64,000 nucleotides of DNA. Origin: Corallochytrium limacisporum Hawaii (lineage: Eukaryota > Protista > Pluriformea). Below are positions 31,533 through 43,405 of this stretch, in pieces. A program made the translations under genes and the position numbers. The stretch's first letter is position 1. Each line of letters begins with the position of its first letter. Location: positions 227,357 to 291,356 of the forward strand of contig PDIP01000017.1 of assembly GCA_002811645.1 (NCBI GenBank), read 5' to 3'. The notes under the pieces were generated by a model that saw only the letters and a program-made list of their open reading frames with translations, did not search any database and had not been told where the DNA came from.

Positions 31533-33092
31533 TTAATATTCTACAGTGTTGTCAGCGACTATGGTTGTTGCCGCTTGTGCGTGGAACTCAAGATCGGCAG
31601 CTTCTAGCTTCATCAAGGCTATTTGCTTTTCGTAGCTCTCGCGGAGCGCCTTGACTGTGATCTCGTGCTGCCGCATGAGTCCATCGAGTTCTCTTTGCTG
31701 CCGTCGACGCATTTCATACAAAGTCTTATTGAACGCTTTCGAATGTGCCTGGTACCATTGGTGCATGGCATCCAAGAGCACGTTCCATATGATACCAAAG
31801 TCTTCTTCAGTGGCCGCACTGCAGGTCTCAAGATGCAGTTCACTGTCAACCATTGGCAACATCTTCGCCTTGGGCATCTCGAAGGTGATGATCCGCCTGC
31901 GTGTTTGCATGTCGGTCTCCAGTTTCTCGATGAGTTCATTGCGCTCGAGGAGTGCTCTGACGCTCTCCTCATGATCGATGCTCTTTTGAGCCAGGTCTTT
32001 CTGGAGATCGTTGATCTGCTTTCTGAGTGCCGTCTTTTCCTTCTCAAAGTCCTGGCGCACCGCGACTAGATTGCTTCGATGCTCTTCAACGGATTCTCCA
32101 CGTTCTTCTCGTAAGCGATCAATTTCTTCCTCCCGATCAATGACCTTGTTTTCTAGTTCTTTGATATCGTGTTCCAGCCTGGTCAGAACCTCCATGGTTG
32201 CACCGCTTTCCTTTTCTGCAAAGCTCTTCACATTCTCGTACTCCTGCTGAAGTGATTTATAGTGCTTTTTCTGATCCTGCACCTCCGTCTGAAGTCTTGA
32301 TGTCTCCCTTCCCCGAAGTTCCCTCTCTCTGGCAAGTTCTGCTTCCAACTCTTTTATGCGCTTCTGTGATGGTGTGGATTCTTGCGACCCAAGGATCGCA
32401 TTGGCTACTTCGCTAGCGTCGAATCCGAGACTGGGAACCACTAGTGTATCAAGGTCGATGAGTTCCGCGAGTTTGGATTCATGAATATCATCAGTTCCAC
32501 TTGCAATGGAGTCATTGATGTCCTGTAATCGATGGCCGATGCGGTCAATGAGCGCGCTACAAATGCCGATCTGTTTTTGGCACATGGCCGTAAGTGTATC
32601 ATCGATCGCGGTTAAGAGCATGCTTTTGTCATTCTCAAGCTGAGTCTTTGTATCCAGCAGGTGCTGAAGACGCTGTCGCAATGCCCGAACAACACCCATC
32701 AACTGAATTTGCTTTCGTCTACCCTCGGCGGTTCGCACTGCCTCATTCGCATGCAAAACCGGGATTGATCTCCCCACATCCTGTGACCGAACAGAAATGT
32801 TTGCAAACAGATCTTCTGTCATTGCCATGGTTGATAGATCTTCGCTTATCCCAACGCTGATATCGTCATCCAGATACTCTGCGCCTGTCGTCTGCGGGGT
32901 GAGACCTTGTTCCGAGTCAGGCGGGAGCAACCTGGATAGGTCACTGGTCCGAATGGAATCGTCCATTTCCGTCTCCTCTTCAGGATGATCGAGTCCAGTT
33001 GGCCCCTTGCTCTCTCTGACAGGCTGAGAAGACCCTGGGTCAATATTGTCAAGCTCGGCCAACAGCCGCCTGAGAGGCCTATTCTCGGCCAT
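31533..33092 (-). CDS. Coiled-coil protein, function unknown (possibly centrosomal)
   Basis: 519-aa ORF with long E/K/R/L-rich heptads, head-to-head with GCP4. Confidence 0.75.
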   Translation of the reverse strand: MAENRPLRRLLAELDNIDPGSSQPVRESKGPTGLDHPEEETEMDDSIRTSDLSRLLPPDSEQGLTPQTTGAEYLDDDISVGISEDLSTMAMTEDLFANISVRSQDVGRSIPVLHANEAVRTAEGRRKQIQLMGVVRALRQRLQHLLDTKTQLENDKSMLLTAIDDTLTAMCQKQIGICSALIDRIGHRLQDINDSIASGTDDIHESKLAELIDLDTLVVPSLGFDASEVANAILGSQESTPSQKRIKELEAELARERELRGRETSRLQTEVQDQKKHYKSLQQEYENVKSFAEKESGATMEVLTRLEHDIKELENKVIDREEEIDRLREERGESVEEHRSNLVAVRQDFEKEKTALRKQINDLQKDLAQKSIDHEESVRALLERNELIEKLETDMQTRRRIITFEMPKAKMLPMVDSELHLETCSAATEEDFGIIWNVLLDAMHQWYQAHSKAFNKTLYEMRRRQQRELDGLMRQHEITVKALRESYEKQIALMKLEAADLEFHAQAATTIVADNTVEY

Positions 33093-33369
33093 TGCGCTTC
33101 ACCCCTTTGTGGACACAGTCGATTTATGACACATTTCATTACATATTGATAGGCAAGGAGTCGTTTCAAGATCTAAAGTCCGTTCGTAAGTTACAGAGCA
33201 TATGTTCGATGAGAAGGGTCTTTGTTTTAAATATCCCGACACGGACAGTCACCAGCCTCCCACCGGAGGGGAAGTTCAACTGCGTCCTGTACAATATTTC
33301 CCTGTGTGCCATTCGATTTGTATAAGTCAGGGCTCCTGTCGCACCCTCTCTCCGGTAGAGAACGAACCA

Positions 33370-33389
33370 TTTGAAAATTCGGCGCGAAA
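33370..33389. promoter_or_regulatory. Adjacent CHR-like (TTTGAA) and E2F (GGCGCGAAA) sites
   Basis: tttgaaaattcggcgcgaaa in the bidirectional region of GCP4 and the coiled-coil gene. Confidence 0.45.
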
Positions 33390-33600
33390 TCACGGGAGGG
33401 TTTTTGGTAAGGGGGCAAGAAATTGGGCACGCTAGTTTCTTGGTGTCCAGAGTGCACAGTCAACGAAGGTACTTCAGGTTTCATTTACGCACCAAGACAT
33501 GATTGTACCGCTTGAACACTGTTAGAGAAAAGAGCAGGGTACACCATGAGGTAACCGACAATGTAGTTCCCTGAGGGACCACAAGACGAAAAAGTTTGTA

Positions 33601-35370
33601 ATGTTGCACGAAGTTCTATTGGCCCTCCAGGGCTACCATGGTGATCTTCTCCGTGACATGGGGCACACGTATGCAGTAGCAAATGACCTGCCATTCCTTC
33701 ATTCTGCAGAAAGGGAAGTGCTCAACAGAATTGGACGGGTTGCGTTCTATAGAGCCCAAGTGCGAGAGTTCATTGACAACCACACATTCCGACAGTCCGT
33801 GGAAAAAAATGGCTCAAGTTATCGTATGTGTTTCTGTCGTGGGTTGAGAAATGTACTTGAGCCTTATTCTGAGGCGCTTCTGAAGCTTGAGCGAGAGATT
33901 GCCGCAGACGAGACACTCACACTGACGTACATTCAGTCTGCCGTCTCTCCCTACATTAGTCTGCTCGAGCAGCTGCATCAGACCATTGAGTACTTCAAAT
34001 CGCAGGATGTGCGCGGGGCTGCGATGCTTGACCATCTTCATGAAGTGAGCCAAACGGGACATAGTGTGATCCGTAGGGCCTACCATGAATTGTTGCAAAG
34101 CTGTCATTCTTATTTATACCGTGTCATCTATTTTTGGATGCTTTTTGGTAGGATCACAGACCGGAAGGGAGAGTTCTTCGTCGAAGAAGTACACGGGCGT
34201 CCAAAGCTCTCTCCGTCTAAGGCTCCTGTGTATTTGCCCATGACCTTGGTGGAGGTTATCTTTTTTTGTGGACAGGCAATTCAACTTCTGCATAGTCATC
34301 AACCTGAGCATACGGAAAAATCAGACTTGATCTCGCTGGAAGAAGACTATATTCTTCGCTTTGAATCATGTGCGTCAAAACCTACCTTTGACATTGAAGA
34401 ACTGCATCTGCTCATTGAAGATATCAATGATGACATCGCCAAACGACTGAATGTTTTGCTTCTTGATCACCAGAGCTTCTCGGACGTTCTCAAGAGTATC
34501 CGTGCCATTTTCTTTGTGGGCGCATCAACCATTTTTGGTTCATTGGTCGATGAACTTGCCCGGACAGGCGCGAACGTCAACGAGCATAGTCTGAACCACA
34601 TGCTCCGTAGGTGCATTCAGGAAAGCGGCTATGAGGAAGATGAGGACAGGTTCGCCATCTTCTCCTTGGCTTTAACCCAAGAGCCTAGCGACATCGAAAA
34701 CCCGCTCTTGTGTGAGAGGCTGAGTTTCAGAATTGAAGTACCACAAGCTCTGCGCCTGCTGCTCACGGAGACGACCTTGATGCGCTTCAACAAGGTCTTC
34801 AGCCTCTTGTTGAGCCTTCGCTTTGCTCACATGCAATTGTCAGCATGCCACATGGAAGACAAGCTCATCCGGAAAGAGGAGGTTGGGATTGATCCATTTC
34901 ATGGGCGTCAATTGCAGCTGTTACGGTCTGAAATGCAGTTTTGGATCGGCAATTTCGAAATCTATGCCCAAACGGATGTGGTCCAAATTCAATGGCGTGA
35001 GCTCGAGGAAGAAGTTGCATCCACTAAGAGCTTTGTGGACCTTCAGCGGTCGCTGCACGAGTTTGAATCCAATGTGCAGGCTCAGTTGATGGTCGGAGTA
35101 CCCGCTGTTCGAAAGCAACTCTCAGCGCTGATCCACATGGCCGTTTCGCTGCGTCAGAACTATCGCCAGCTACTTCTTCATGACCGTGATGCCTTTATGA
35201 CACTGCGCCGCCGCTTCCAGAGGGCTTGTTCCCTATTGCACAGCCTCCTTGGCAGTATAATGAAACACAGCAGCTCCGGCAAGCTCCCGCAGCTGCTCCT
35301 CCGGCTAGATTACAATCGGACCTCCATACCCACGAGCGGATACACAGGGGAGGCGGCCATGACTGCATGA
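33601..35370 (+). CDS. TUBGCP4: Gamma-tubulin complex component 4
   Basis: MLHEVLLALQGY, LPFLHSAE.EVLNRI, W.LFGRITD..GEFFV, and C-terminal LPQLLLRLDYN. Confidence 0.92.
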   Translation: MLHEVLLALQGYHGDLLRDMGHTYAVANDLPFLHSAEREVLNRIGRVAFYRAQVREFIDNHTFRQSVEKNGSSYRMCFCRGLRNVLEPYSEALLKLEREIAADETLTLTYIQSAVSPYISLLEQLHQTIEYFKSQDVRGAAMLDHLHEVSQTGHSVIRRAYHELLQSCHSYLYRVIYFWMLFGRITDRKGEFFVEEVHGRPKLSPSKAPVYLPMTLVEVIFFCGQAIQLLHSHQPEHTEKSDLISLEEDYILRFESCASKPTFDIEELHLLIEDINDDIAKRLNVLLLDHQSFSDVLKSIRAIFFVGASTIFGSLVDELARTGANVNEHSLNHMLRRCIQESGYEEDEDRFAIFSLALTQEPSDIENPLLCERLSFRIEVPQALRLLLTETTLMRFNKVFSLLLSLRFAHMQLSACHMEDKLIRKEEVGIDPFHGRQLQLLRSEMQFWIGNFEIYAQTDVVQIQWRELEEEVASTKSFVDLQRSLHEFESNVQAQLMVGVPAVRKQLSALIHMAVSLRQNYRQLLLHDRDAFMTLRRRFQRACSLLHSLLGSIMKHSSSGKLPQLLLRLDYNRTSIPTSGYTGEAAMTA

Positions 35371-35432
35371 AAATATCATACATTGCTAGTGATTGAAAGC
35401 CTATGTATGATAATTTAATTCGATGTGTTGTT

Positions 35433-36071
35433 TTAAATCAGCTTCTTCTGCTGGAAGAACTTGCGTAGATAGTACACCTGATAGGCGCCAAGAGAGGCAA
35501 GGCAGAGGATGCTGAAGATGCTGAACCAGACTACCCGAGAATTCGTCGATTCATTGGTGTCACGAAGGGCCGCTTCCCGGTCCTTCATGTAACGCAAATC
35601 AGATGAAATTCCCGCTGCCACGTCTTCGATTTTGCGAACAACGCGCTCAATAGGCCTGAGATCATTCTGTTTAGCAATTTTGTCATAGTCCTTAGCCTCC
35701 GCACCTTGCATCAACGACAATTCCACATCCACACCAGAATCGTATGATGCTGCCGCCCCACTGTCGACGACAGGCTCTAGACAGATAGAGTAAATGGCCT
35801 CTTTGTCAGCAGTGAAGGCAAATTTTCCTGACGACGCTTCAGATCGCTGGAAGACTATACTCTCCGACTCGTCCATTACCTTGAAGTTTAAAGTCTGCGG
35901 GGGTCCTTCCGACTGAATAATGGTGAAGTCGCCCTTGACTGCCACGTCCTTTTTTACAATTTCCCGCAGACACTTGGGATACCTTGTCTTCACATGCACA
36001 ATAGTGTTGGCCGTGGCCATGTACACCATGGCCATGGCAAGGAAGGCCCGGAGAATTGCGAGCACCTTCAT
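35433..36071 (-). CDS. TMED10: p24 delta cargo receptor (Tmp21/Erv25)
   Basis: Signal peptide, GOLD domain, RDTNESTNSRV, TM helix, YLRKFFQQKKLI. Confidence 0.93.
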   Translation of the reverse strand: MKVLAILRAFLAMAMVYMATANTIVHVKTRYPKCLREIVKKDVAVKGDFTIIQSEGPPQTLNFKVMDESESIVFQRSEASSGKFAFTADKEAIYSICLEPVVDSGAAASYDSGVDVELSLMQGAEAKDYDKIAKQNDLRPIERVVRKIEDVAAGISSDLRYMKDREAALRDTNESTNSRVVWFSIFSILCLASLGAYQVYYLRKFFQQKKLI

Positions 36072-36902
36072 TGCCCCCTCTGATACTATACTTACAACTA
36101 CTGCACTGTAATAGCACGGTTTCTCGTTACCTCAGGCCCAAATTACTGTGATTAAAATACCAGAAAATGCGCGTGTGGAACTACTAACAGCCGATCTTCA
36201 AGAAGGACCGCGGGCTTTCCCAACCCGCGGCTCTCGCGACAAATTGCACCTTTCGACCTAGCAATGCCACCTGTGCCTATGCGTTGTAAGCTGAAAGCCA
36301 CCTCCCTGCAAGGCGGCAGTGTCTGGGCCACAACAACTGCCACAGTCCGTAGAGCCGTAGCCAATTGGTACACAGAGGCATTCCCAGTGTTTTGCCTTTT
36401 GGCCCTGCGCCCTGTACTCCCGAAATATACCAATACAAAGGAGAAGGGGGGAGCCTGGACTCGCTTGGCCGAAGAACGACTCCCCCAGGACAAAGGGGAG
36501 ACCCAGGGTCAAAACAAATTGATAGGCAGATGAAAAGGGGGGGGGGGCCGCTGTGTTTGGGACCGGGTAGTCGAATGTGTACACAATGTGTACAAGCGCC
36601 ACAGGGAAGTGAGAAAGCGGGAAGGGACGACGGGAAGGAGCATGGGTCCTCTGGTGAAGGGGAGGAGGTGGGGGGAAAAAGCCATCGAATCGCACTCGGA
36701 TGCATTGTGTGCCTTTGCTCATTTTGCTTTGATGGTCGTCGTATTGCGGGACCTGTGAACAAGACACATGTTGCGAGGCTACAAGAGAGAGCACAACGAT
36801 GGTAATCTTAGTTGATTCCTCATCATGGGCTCTTGGCCAGTTGAGGATCTGTGGCATCAGAGCATATGATGGCTTAGCATCCTATTGCGAAAATATATCA
36901 CC

Positions 36903-39242
36903 ATGGTGAAAAAGAAAGCGTCATCTGGGTCGAAGCTTTCAGCTTCAGAGTCCGCTACAGATGTAGTTGATAGCGCAGCAACTTCCGGGAAGGAGATTGA
37001 GGAAACTAAGAAAGGGGGATTCCATTTCAGCCGTACAGAGCTGGGTTTGCTGCCGTTTATGCGATACGTAATCTTGACGATGGTCTGTCTCCTTGCTTTC
37101 TGTGTTCGACTCTTTGCTGTCGTGCGATTCGAATCTATTATTCACGAATTTGATCCGTGGTTCAATTATCGTGGTAGTAAGTATTTGGTCGAAAATGGTT
37201 GGTACAATTTTATCAATTGGTTTGACCATACCGCATGGTATCCTCTCGGTCGCATTGTAGGAGGGACAGTATACCCAGGTCTTATGATTACCAGTGGCTT
37301 CGCTCACTGGTTGCTCCATTCCCTTTCGCTTCCTGTGCATATTCGAGAGATCTGTGTTTTTACGAGCCCGGTATTTAGTGCTTTCACCGTGATCACAACC
37401 TACATGTATGGAACTTCTGTAAAGGACCGAAAGACAGGATTGATGGCTGCAGTGTTCATCTCTGTGGCGCCTGGATACATCGCACGTAGTGTTGCGGGTT
37501 CGTACGATAACGAAGGCATTGCTATCTTTGCCATGATGCTCTGCTTCTACCTGTGGACCCAGAGTGTTGAACATGGGAGCATGGCGTATGCACTTGCAAC
37601 TGCCGTTGTGTATTGGTACATGGTGAGTGCCTGGGGCGGCTATGTCTACATCATCAACCTGATCCCTCTCCACGCCTTCACATTGCTGCTCATGGGCCGT
37701 TACAGTGATCGCTTGTACATTAGCTACTGTTCATTTTACACATTGGCAACCCTCATGAGCATGACCATTCCGTTTGTCGGCTTCCAGCCTGTGAAGACGT
37801 CGGAACATATGGCTGCTGCTGGTGTCTTCTGCCTACTGCAGGCAGTAGCATTTTTATTTTACCTCAGAAAACTGGTGCACAATGATGCTCAATTCCGTCA
37901 AGTCTTCATTGCTGGTCTCATCCTGGCTTCAATGGCTATTTTCCTGGCGGTAGTAGGCTTAACCTACAGCGGGGTCATTCAGAATTGGGGCGGTCGCTTC
38001 TACTCCATGTTTGACACGTCATATGCGCGCAAGAATATCCCCATTATTGCTAGCGTGTCTGAGCATCAGCCAACCACATGGTCACACATGTTTGGTGACT
38101 TGCACATTGCTCTCTTTGTGTTTCCCTTCGGTGTATTCCTCTGCTTCCAGGAACTTACAGATGTCCGTGTCTTCCATCTGATCTACTGCGGCACGGCCAT
38201 CTACTTCGCTGGTGTAATGGTCCGCCTGATGTTGACATTAACTCCTGCGGTCTGTGTTTCGGCAGCACTGGCCATCAGTACTTTGCTGGAGGTGTTCTTT
38301 GAGCGAGTGCCTGTCGATGGTGAAGAATCGAAAGAGAGACCTCAGGACCTTCTCATGGATAATGGCCGTGTCGATGTCGACGAAGCTGTCAAGGCCGTCA
38401 CCCGCAAGAAGCGCACTAATGTTAGTCTTCCTGTGGCCCTTGGTGCGGCTGTATTAATCGGTGTCCTGCTGTTCCAATTCTCTTACCATAGCATCTGGAT
38501 GACATCGCGGCAGTACTCGAACCCTTCAGTCATTTTGGCGAGCAACCGTCCCGATGGCAGCCGTGTCATCATTGATGATTTCCGAGAGGCCTACTGGTGG
38601 CTTCGAACCAATACTCCTGAAGATACTCGGATCTTCTCATGGTGGGACTACGGCTACCAGATTGCCGGAATGAGCAATCGAACAGTATTGGTAGATAACA
38701 ATACGTGGAACAACACACACATTTCTTTGGTTGGAAAGGCCTTGGCATCCACCGAAGAGGAAGCCTTCAAAATCATTGACGAACTCGACGTTGACTACAT
38801 GCTCATGTTGTTCGGTGGGGCCTTGGGCTTCGCCGGAGATGACATCAACAAATTCCTGTGGATCATCCGAATTGCGGAAGGAGAGAACCCAGGTGTCATC
38901 AATGAACAAGACTTTTACAACCAAGGCCAGTACCGTGTAGATGTACCATCAGAGACGTTTAAGAACTCTCTAATGTACAAGCTCTGCTTCTATGGCTTCA
39001 ATGAAAGCCGCTTCCAAGGACGAGATAGAGTCCGCAACGCGAAGATTCCGGATGAGCCTATCACACTCACGTACTTTGAAGAAGCATACACCACGGAGCA
39101 TTGGATGGTGCGCCTCTATCGTGTCAAGCGCGAGCGTAAGAACCGAGACCGCTTCCCACGAGACTTGCGGAGACAGACTGCGATTGAAGTTGAAGCATCT
39201 ACTGCCGACCTCTACACCGAGAGGTCGCCAATTTCTTTATGA
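36903..39242 (+). CDS. STT3: Oligosaccharyltransferase catalytic subunit STT3 (STT3B-like)
   Basis: FESIIHEFDPWFNYR, RSVAGSYDNE, SVSEHQP, WWDYG, DNNTWN, DDINKFLW. Confidence 0.98.
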   Translation: MVKKKASSGSKLSASESATDVVDSAATSGKEIEETKKGGFHFSRTELGLLPFMRYVILTMVCLLAFCVRLFAVVRFESIIHEFDPWFNYRGSKYLVENGWYNFINWFDHTAWYPLGRIVGGTVYPGLMITSGFAHWLLHSLSLPVHIREICVFTSPVFSAFTVITTYMYGTSVKDRKTGLMAAVFISVAPGYIARSVAGSYDNEGIAIFAMMLCFYLWTQSVEHGSMAYALATAVVYWYMVSAWGGYVYIINLIPLHAFTLLLMGRYSDRLYISYCSFYTLATLMSMTIPFVGFQPVKTSEHMAAAGVFCLLQAVAFLFYLRKLVHNDAQFRQVFIAGLILASMAIFLAVVGLTYSGVIQNWGGRFYSMFDTSYARKNIPIIASVSEHQPTTWSHMFGDLHIALFVFPFGVFLCFQELTDVRVFHLIYCGTAIYFAGVMVRLMLTLTPAVCVSAALAISTLLEVFFERVPVDGEESKERPQDLLMDNGRVDVDEAVKAVTRKKRTNVSLPVALGAAVLIGVLLFQFSYHSIWMTSRQYSNPSVILASNRPDGSRVIIDDFREAYWWLRTNTPEDTRIFSWWDYGYQIAGMSNRTVLVDNNTWNNTHISLVGKALASTEEEAFKIIDELDVDYMLMLFGGALGFAGDDINKFLWIIRIAEGENPGVINEQDFYNQGQYRVDVPSETFKNSLMYKLCFYGFNESRFQGRDRVRNAKIPDEPITLTYFEEAYTTEHWMVRLYRVKRERKNRDRFPRDLRRQTAIEVEASTADLYTERSPISL

Positions 39243-41892
39243 ACGGTTTTATCGTCATCACCATTGTTGGCGTTGGGAACTTCATCAGAGACCGCCTCTC
39301 CTCCGTCCGCCTTGGCGGCTGCGGCTGCGGCGGCACGCGCCAAAATATCTGCGTCGCCGCCCTTGAGGGTGTTTCCGGTCGACTCCTCTTCGGTCACTTC
39401 TGTGATGTCCCTCTGAACGCGCTTGGAGCGCTTTGGCGCCGTGGGAGCCCGCAAGCCATTGTCGTATAGCACATCTACACACGCTGAGTTCTTGAAGAAT
39501 TGCGCGTAAAACAACGGGCTGTGGTTCTGTTCGTCAACTAGATCAAATCGTGCTCCGTTCTGTGGGGGGGGGGGATTAAAATTACAAAATATAACATTAC
39601 AACCGCCTGTTAGTATTTTCATCGCACCCGACATTGAATTGCTTATTTCTCACAAAACAAATTACTTACCGTTATCAACAGCTGCAAGAAGAGCGGCAAA
39701 TCCAAAATACATGCAGCGTGACATGCTGTCTGACCGTTATTGTCTGGACAGTGATAGTTAACATCTTCCTCAGTGGCGTGCGGAAGGAGGGCAATGAAAG
39801 AGCTTAGATCGTCATGCTTGACGCACTCAAAGATACCCTCAGCAATCGACAGTGACATCTCCGGCTTGGGCAAGAGGAACTCTTGCTCCACGTACTTGCG
39901 CTTGATGAAAGCTTCCTTGTCCTCCCTAGAATCCGTGCTTTTCGGTTTATCCTCGTCGCTCGGAAGATTTGCTTCCCAAACGCTATTTCCCAAGCCATTT
40001 CCAATGGCGAACAATACACTTATCATGCCCTGGGGCAAGTGATCCAAAGTTAGTGAGCGCACCTTTGAAATGTGCGTGCCAAGCTGCCGGTGAATGCCAC
40101 TGCATTCGATGCATACCAGCATACCCAGATTGATCACCGCCCAATCCGGGTCCGCACAGTTGCAGTCTGCACACACATCATTGCCCGGAAGAGACTGGAT
40201 CTTGCGAATGCCGGCTTGCATAGCCTGGTGCATCAAGCCTGATGCACCAATATTCTCGCGCTGCTTGTCCGAAATGTTTGCCTTCAGACAGAAGAGAATC
40301 TGTCTCTCAATGGCCTGGATCCAGTCTTTAGCTTCCTCCTTAGTGGCGGCTTGAAAATGCCAACGACGTCCATTCAATGTGATGACCACAAATTGACACG
40401 CTTCGCGCTCCTGGGCCGCCTGATCGTAAGGAGACGCCTCGCCATTCACAACCTTACTTACGGTGTCCCGCCGTCCCCGGCTACCATCGTTGCGTTCACT
40501 GTGCCCAAGTTTGCTCCCAGATCCACGTGTCGCCGATTCACCGCTTGCTGCACCGGTGGCACCAGCTGCTGCGTTCAAGACTGAATCACCATCAATGCTG
40601 CTGTTCAGGTCGCTTTCTCTAGCTCCACTCAGCATTGTGCTGGTATCACTAGGCCTTCCATGGTCAGGGGACAAATTGCGTGTGTGTCCTGTAGTGCCGT
40701 TCTGTCTAGACTCCGGGGCCGCCGCATCGTCGGAAGAGCCCTGCGTTGGCGCCGCTGTGACTGATGGCGGAGCAGTGATGGTGTGCTGGCTCTTTCGCGG
40801 CGGGTAGGTACCGTGCCGTCTCGTAATTGGCTTCACAGAGGCCATTGCGAGCTGAATTACCTTCATGCCCTCATTGGCGACATAATCAGATACTGAAGGA
40901 AAGTATGCTAGGGTTCCGTCAGGACATACAATCACGTACTTCTTTCTCCAGTCCTTCACCATCGACTTTTCTCCACCGAGCTTTAGTAAGAAGCCCTGCA
41001 TTACCGGCAAAGGACGGCGAATAGCCTCATTGGCCCCGTCAATATTAGGCTCTAAAGCTCTCTTCAAAGACGCCTTTGTGCTCGCCATCCACTGTTGCGT
41101 CAGTCCTCCCTTGAGCCTCTTTTTATCTCCATCACGCAACATAAGGATACTACCGGCAAGGTACTTAAAAATGTTGTCAACATTGCGGCCTGTGACTGCA
41201 CTGACCTCTGCATAGGGACAGCTTCGATTAAGGTCCATTGCCAAGCGCAACCCTTCAAGAACTCTCACATCCCGATTGCCAGTAAGCTCCAACCCGTCTG
41301 CATCGTCTTCTTCATCATCTGCATGTGTTCCAACAAGAATCATGGGCATGAATTCCCCGTTAGCGTAGTGATGAATCTTGGAGTAAATACCATGCACTTC
41401 CTCCACGGTTTCACCATCCGTGACGTTGAAGCAAATGACAAAGGCATCTGCCCAATTTACACTCTGTGGAGTCGGTGCCTCCGCTTCCAACAGAGTGACC
41501 TTCGCGGTCTGTCCCTCAACAGGTATTGTCTTGCGGATTCGTCCATCACCTTCCCATTGTATGGTGTCAATTTTTCTGGACAAAAAGTACGAGATGAGCG
41601 CTGACTTGCCGCTTCCCAAAGAGCCATATACTGCAATCTTTGTTTCTACACCGGGCTGTTCATCAGCCTTGAACTCAGACGCATTCAGCAAATGTTCTTC
41701 AACAAGCCTCACCTTGTCGAAAAGGCGTTGCCTAACATCTTCGTCTGCTACATTTTCGATTTCCTGCTTCACATCCTTGAACATGCGTTTGGTGGCATCA
41801 ATCCGCGCAATTTCTCGCCGAATCTTTTCGGCGTCGAAGCCTTCCTGAACTGGCTTCTGGTCATCCTTCTTCTCCTTCTTTCCCTTAGCCAT
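39212..41892 (-). CDS. AGAP: AGAP/centaurin-gamma: GTPase-like domain, split PH, ArfGAP, ankyrin; exons 41892-39670 and 39559-39212
   Basis: GSLGSGKSAL, DWRKKYV..LAYFPS, WHFQA, CADC..PDWAVINLG..CIECSGIHR.LG.H.SKVRSL. Intron 39560-39669 (GTAAGT/TACTAAC/CAG) joins the ankyrin repeat in frame. Confidence 0.92.
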
Positions 41893-42624
41893 TTTTACTG
41901 GGCGTGTATCCTGGAGTATATGCAACTATTGGGTTTAGCATAAAGGCTGTTTGTGTTCCACAGTCATGTTGATCTGTTGTCTTGTTTAAGTCATATTCCT
42001 ATTTCTCTAGACAGTAATGACTCCTCACGTCTACTGAGTTACTAATTTCTTAACCATGCACAAGTATATTGCTATACATGTCCTATATACCGTCATATCT
42101 CCATCAAAACGCTTCCGTTTCCACGGGTCTCGAAGGCGTCGCAGCTCTCTTGCTCGTCTTGTTTTCAGACCGTATCTAAAGACCTCCCCTCCCCTCCGCG
42201 ACCCCCCCTCCAGTTCCCGGCTGGGAATATAGACGACCAACCAAGCAGGCAGCAGCGAGAAGCAGTTAGAATACAAGCGAGAAAAGGGAGCGAACCCCGC
42301 CCTTTGTTTTGCCCTGCTCCGTGTGTGTCATTTTGGCTGCCGTGGTTGGCTGGGGTAGCTGCTGTTGGTGGTGGTGGGGTATGTATGTCGGTGGTGGTGG
42401 AACACGCCAGGAGTTCAGCAACGAATGGTATACCGATGGTCATTCCCGTCCTAACTCTTGTTTTGCGTCTAGGTGTTTGACCGGCAAGAAAGTTTTTAGG
42501 GGGACGATAGCTGCGCTCTGGACGGCGACGGCGCTGCGTGGCAGGGCAAAAGTTGGAACAGTGTCCAGAACCGAGTAACTAGGAAATTGAGTAGTTGCGT
42601 CAATTTCCCCCCTCCACTTCTCCC

Positions 42625-42740
42625 NNNNNNNNNNNNNNNNNNNNNNNNNNNNNNNNNNNNNNNNNNNNNNNNNNNNNNNNNNNNNNNNNNNNNNNNNNNN
42701 NNNNNNNNNNNNNNNNNNNNNNNNNNNNNNNNNNNNNNNN
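42625..42740. other. Assembly gap (N run)
   Basis: 116 N, adjoining a C13G13 tract. Confidence 1.
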
Positions 42741-42753
42741 AAAAAATGCCCCA

Positions 42754-42779
42754 CCCCCCCCCCCCCGGGGGGGGGGGGG
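42754..42779. promoter_or_regulatory. Perfect C13G13 palindrome in the AGAP/EcKL divergent region
   Basis: Directly visible; homopolymer lengths may be imprecise next to the gap. Confidence 0.55.
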
Positions 42780-43405
42780 CGGCGGGGGCCAAAAAAAAAA
42801 AGCGAGAAAAGCTTGGGCGTTGCAACCAAACCAGGAAAGCCTTGACACGAAACACGAACAAATCATCGTAGTTGCCGCCGCACTCGCTCCAAAGGATCAG
42901 GTTGTTCCTCCCCACTGCCATCTCGTTTCACTTCTTTCCATTCTCCCCCCAATTTCCCCACCGCCTCCTTCTCCTTCCCTCCTCCTCACTCTCCCCATAC
43001 ACTCTGTACGGGAACACAATTTTTGCTGGGAGCCCGGGAATCCTCTGCCAGGCCCCCAGCCTAACACTATGGTTCACCGAAAAGGCGGTTTGCCTGCTCC
43101 CCGCTTCGTAAGTCTAGCTAGAGCCTTTAGGGGCGGTTTGTTCCAATTCAGCTTATTTGATATACTTTCATTTTTCAATTCGGTAGGTATTGATTAATAT
43201 GAGCAGGGTCTCCTCCCCCGGATCTGGCTGTGTGTCCCTTCACGAAGCCAGTCGTGTTGAGTTCCTGGTAAGGGGTCTTTCATATCTGCGTGTCGATGCT
43301 GTTGTGGACTTCAGTAAACAAGGTATAAGAACATAGTGTATGCTTGAGTGGTTTGTGTAGGAAATGGTGAATTGAAACATAGTCTGGGAGATCCATTATA
43401 CTAGC

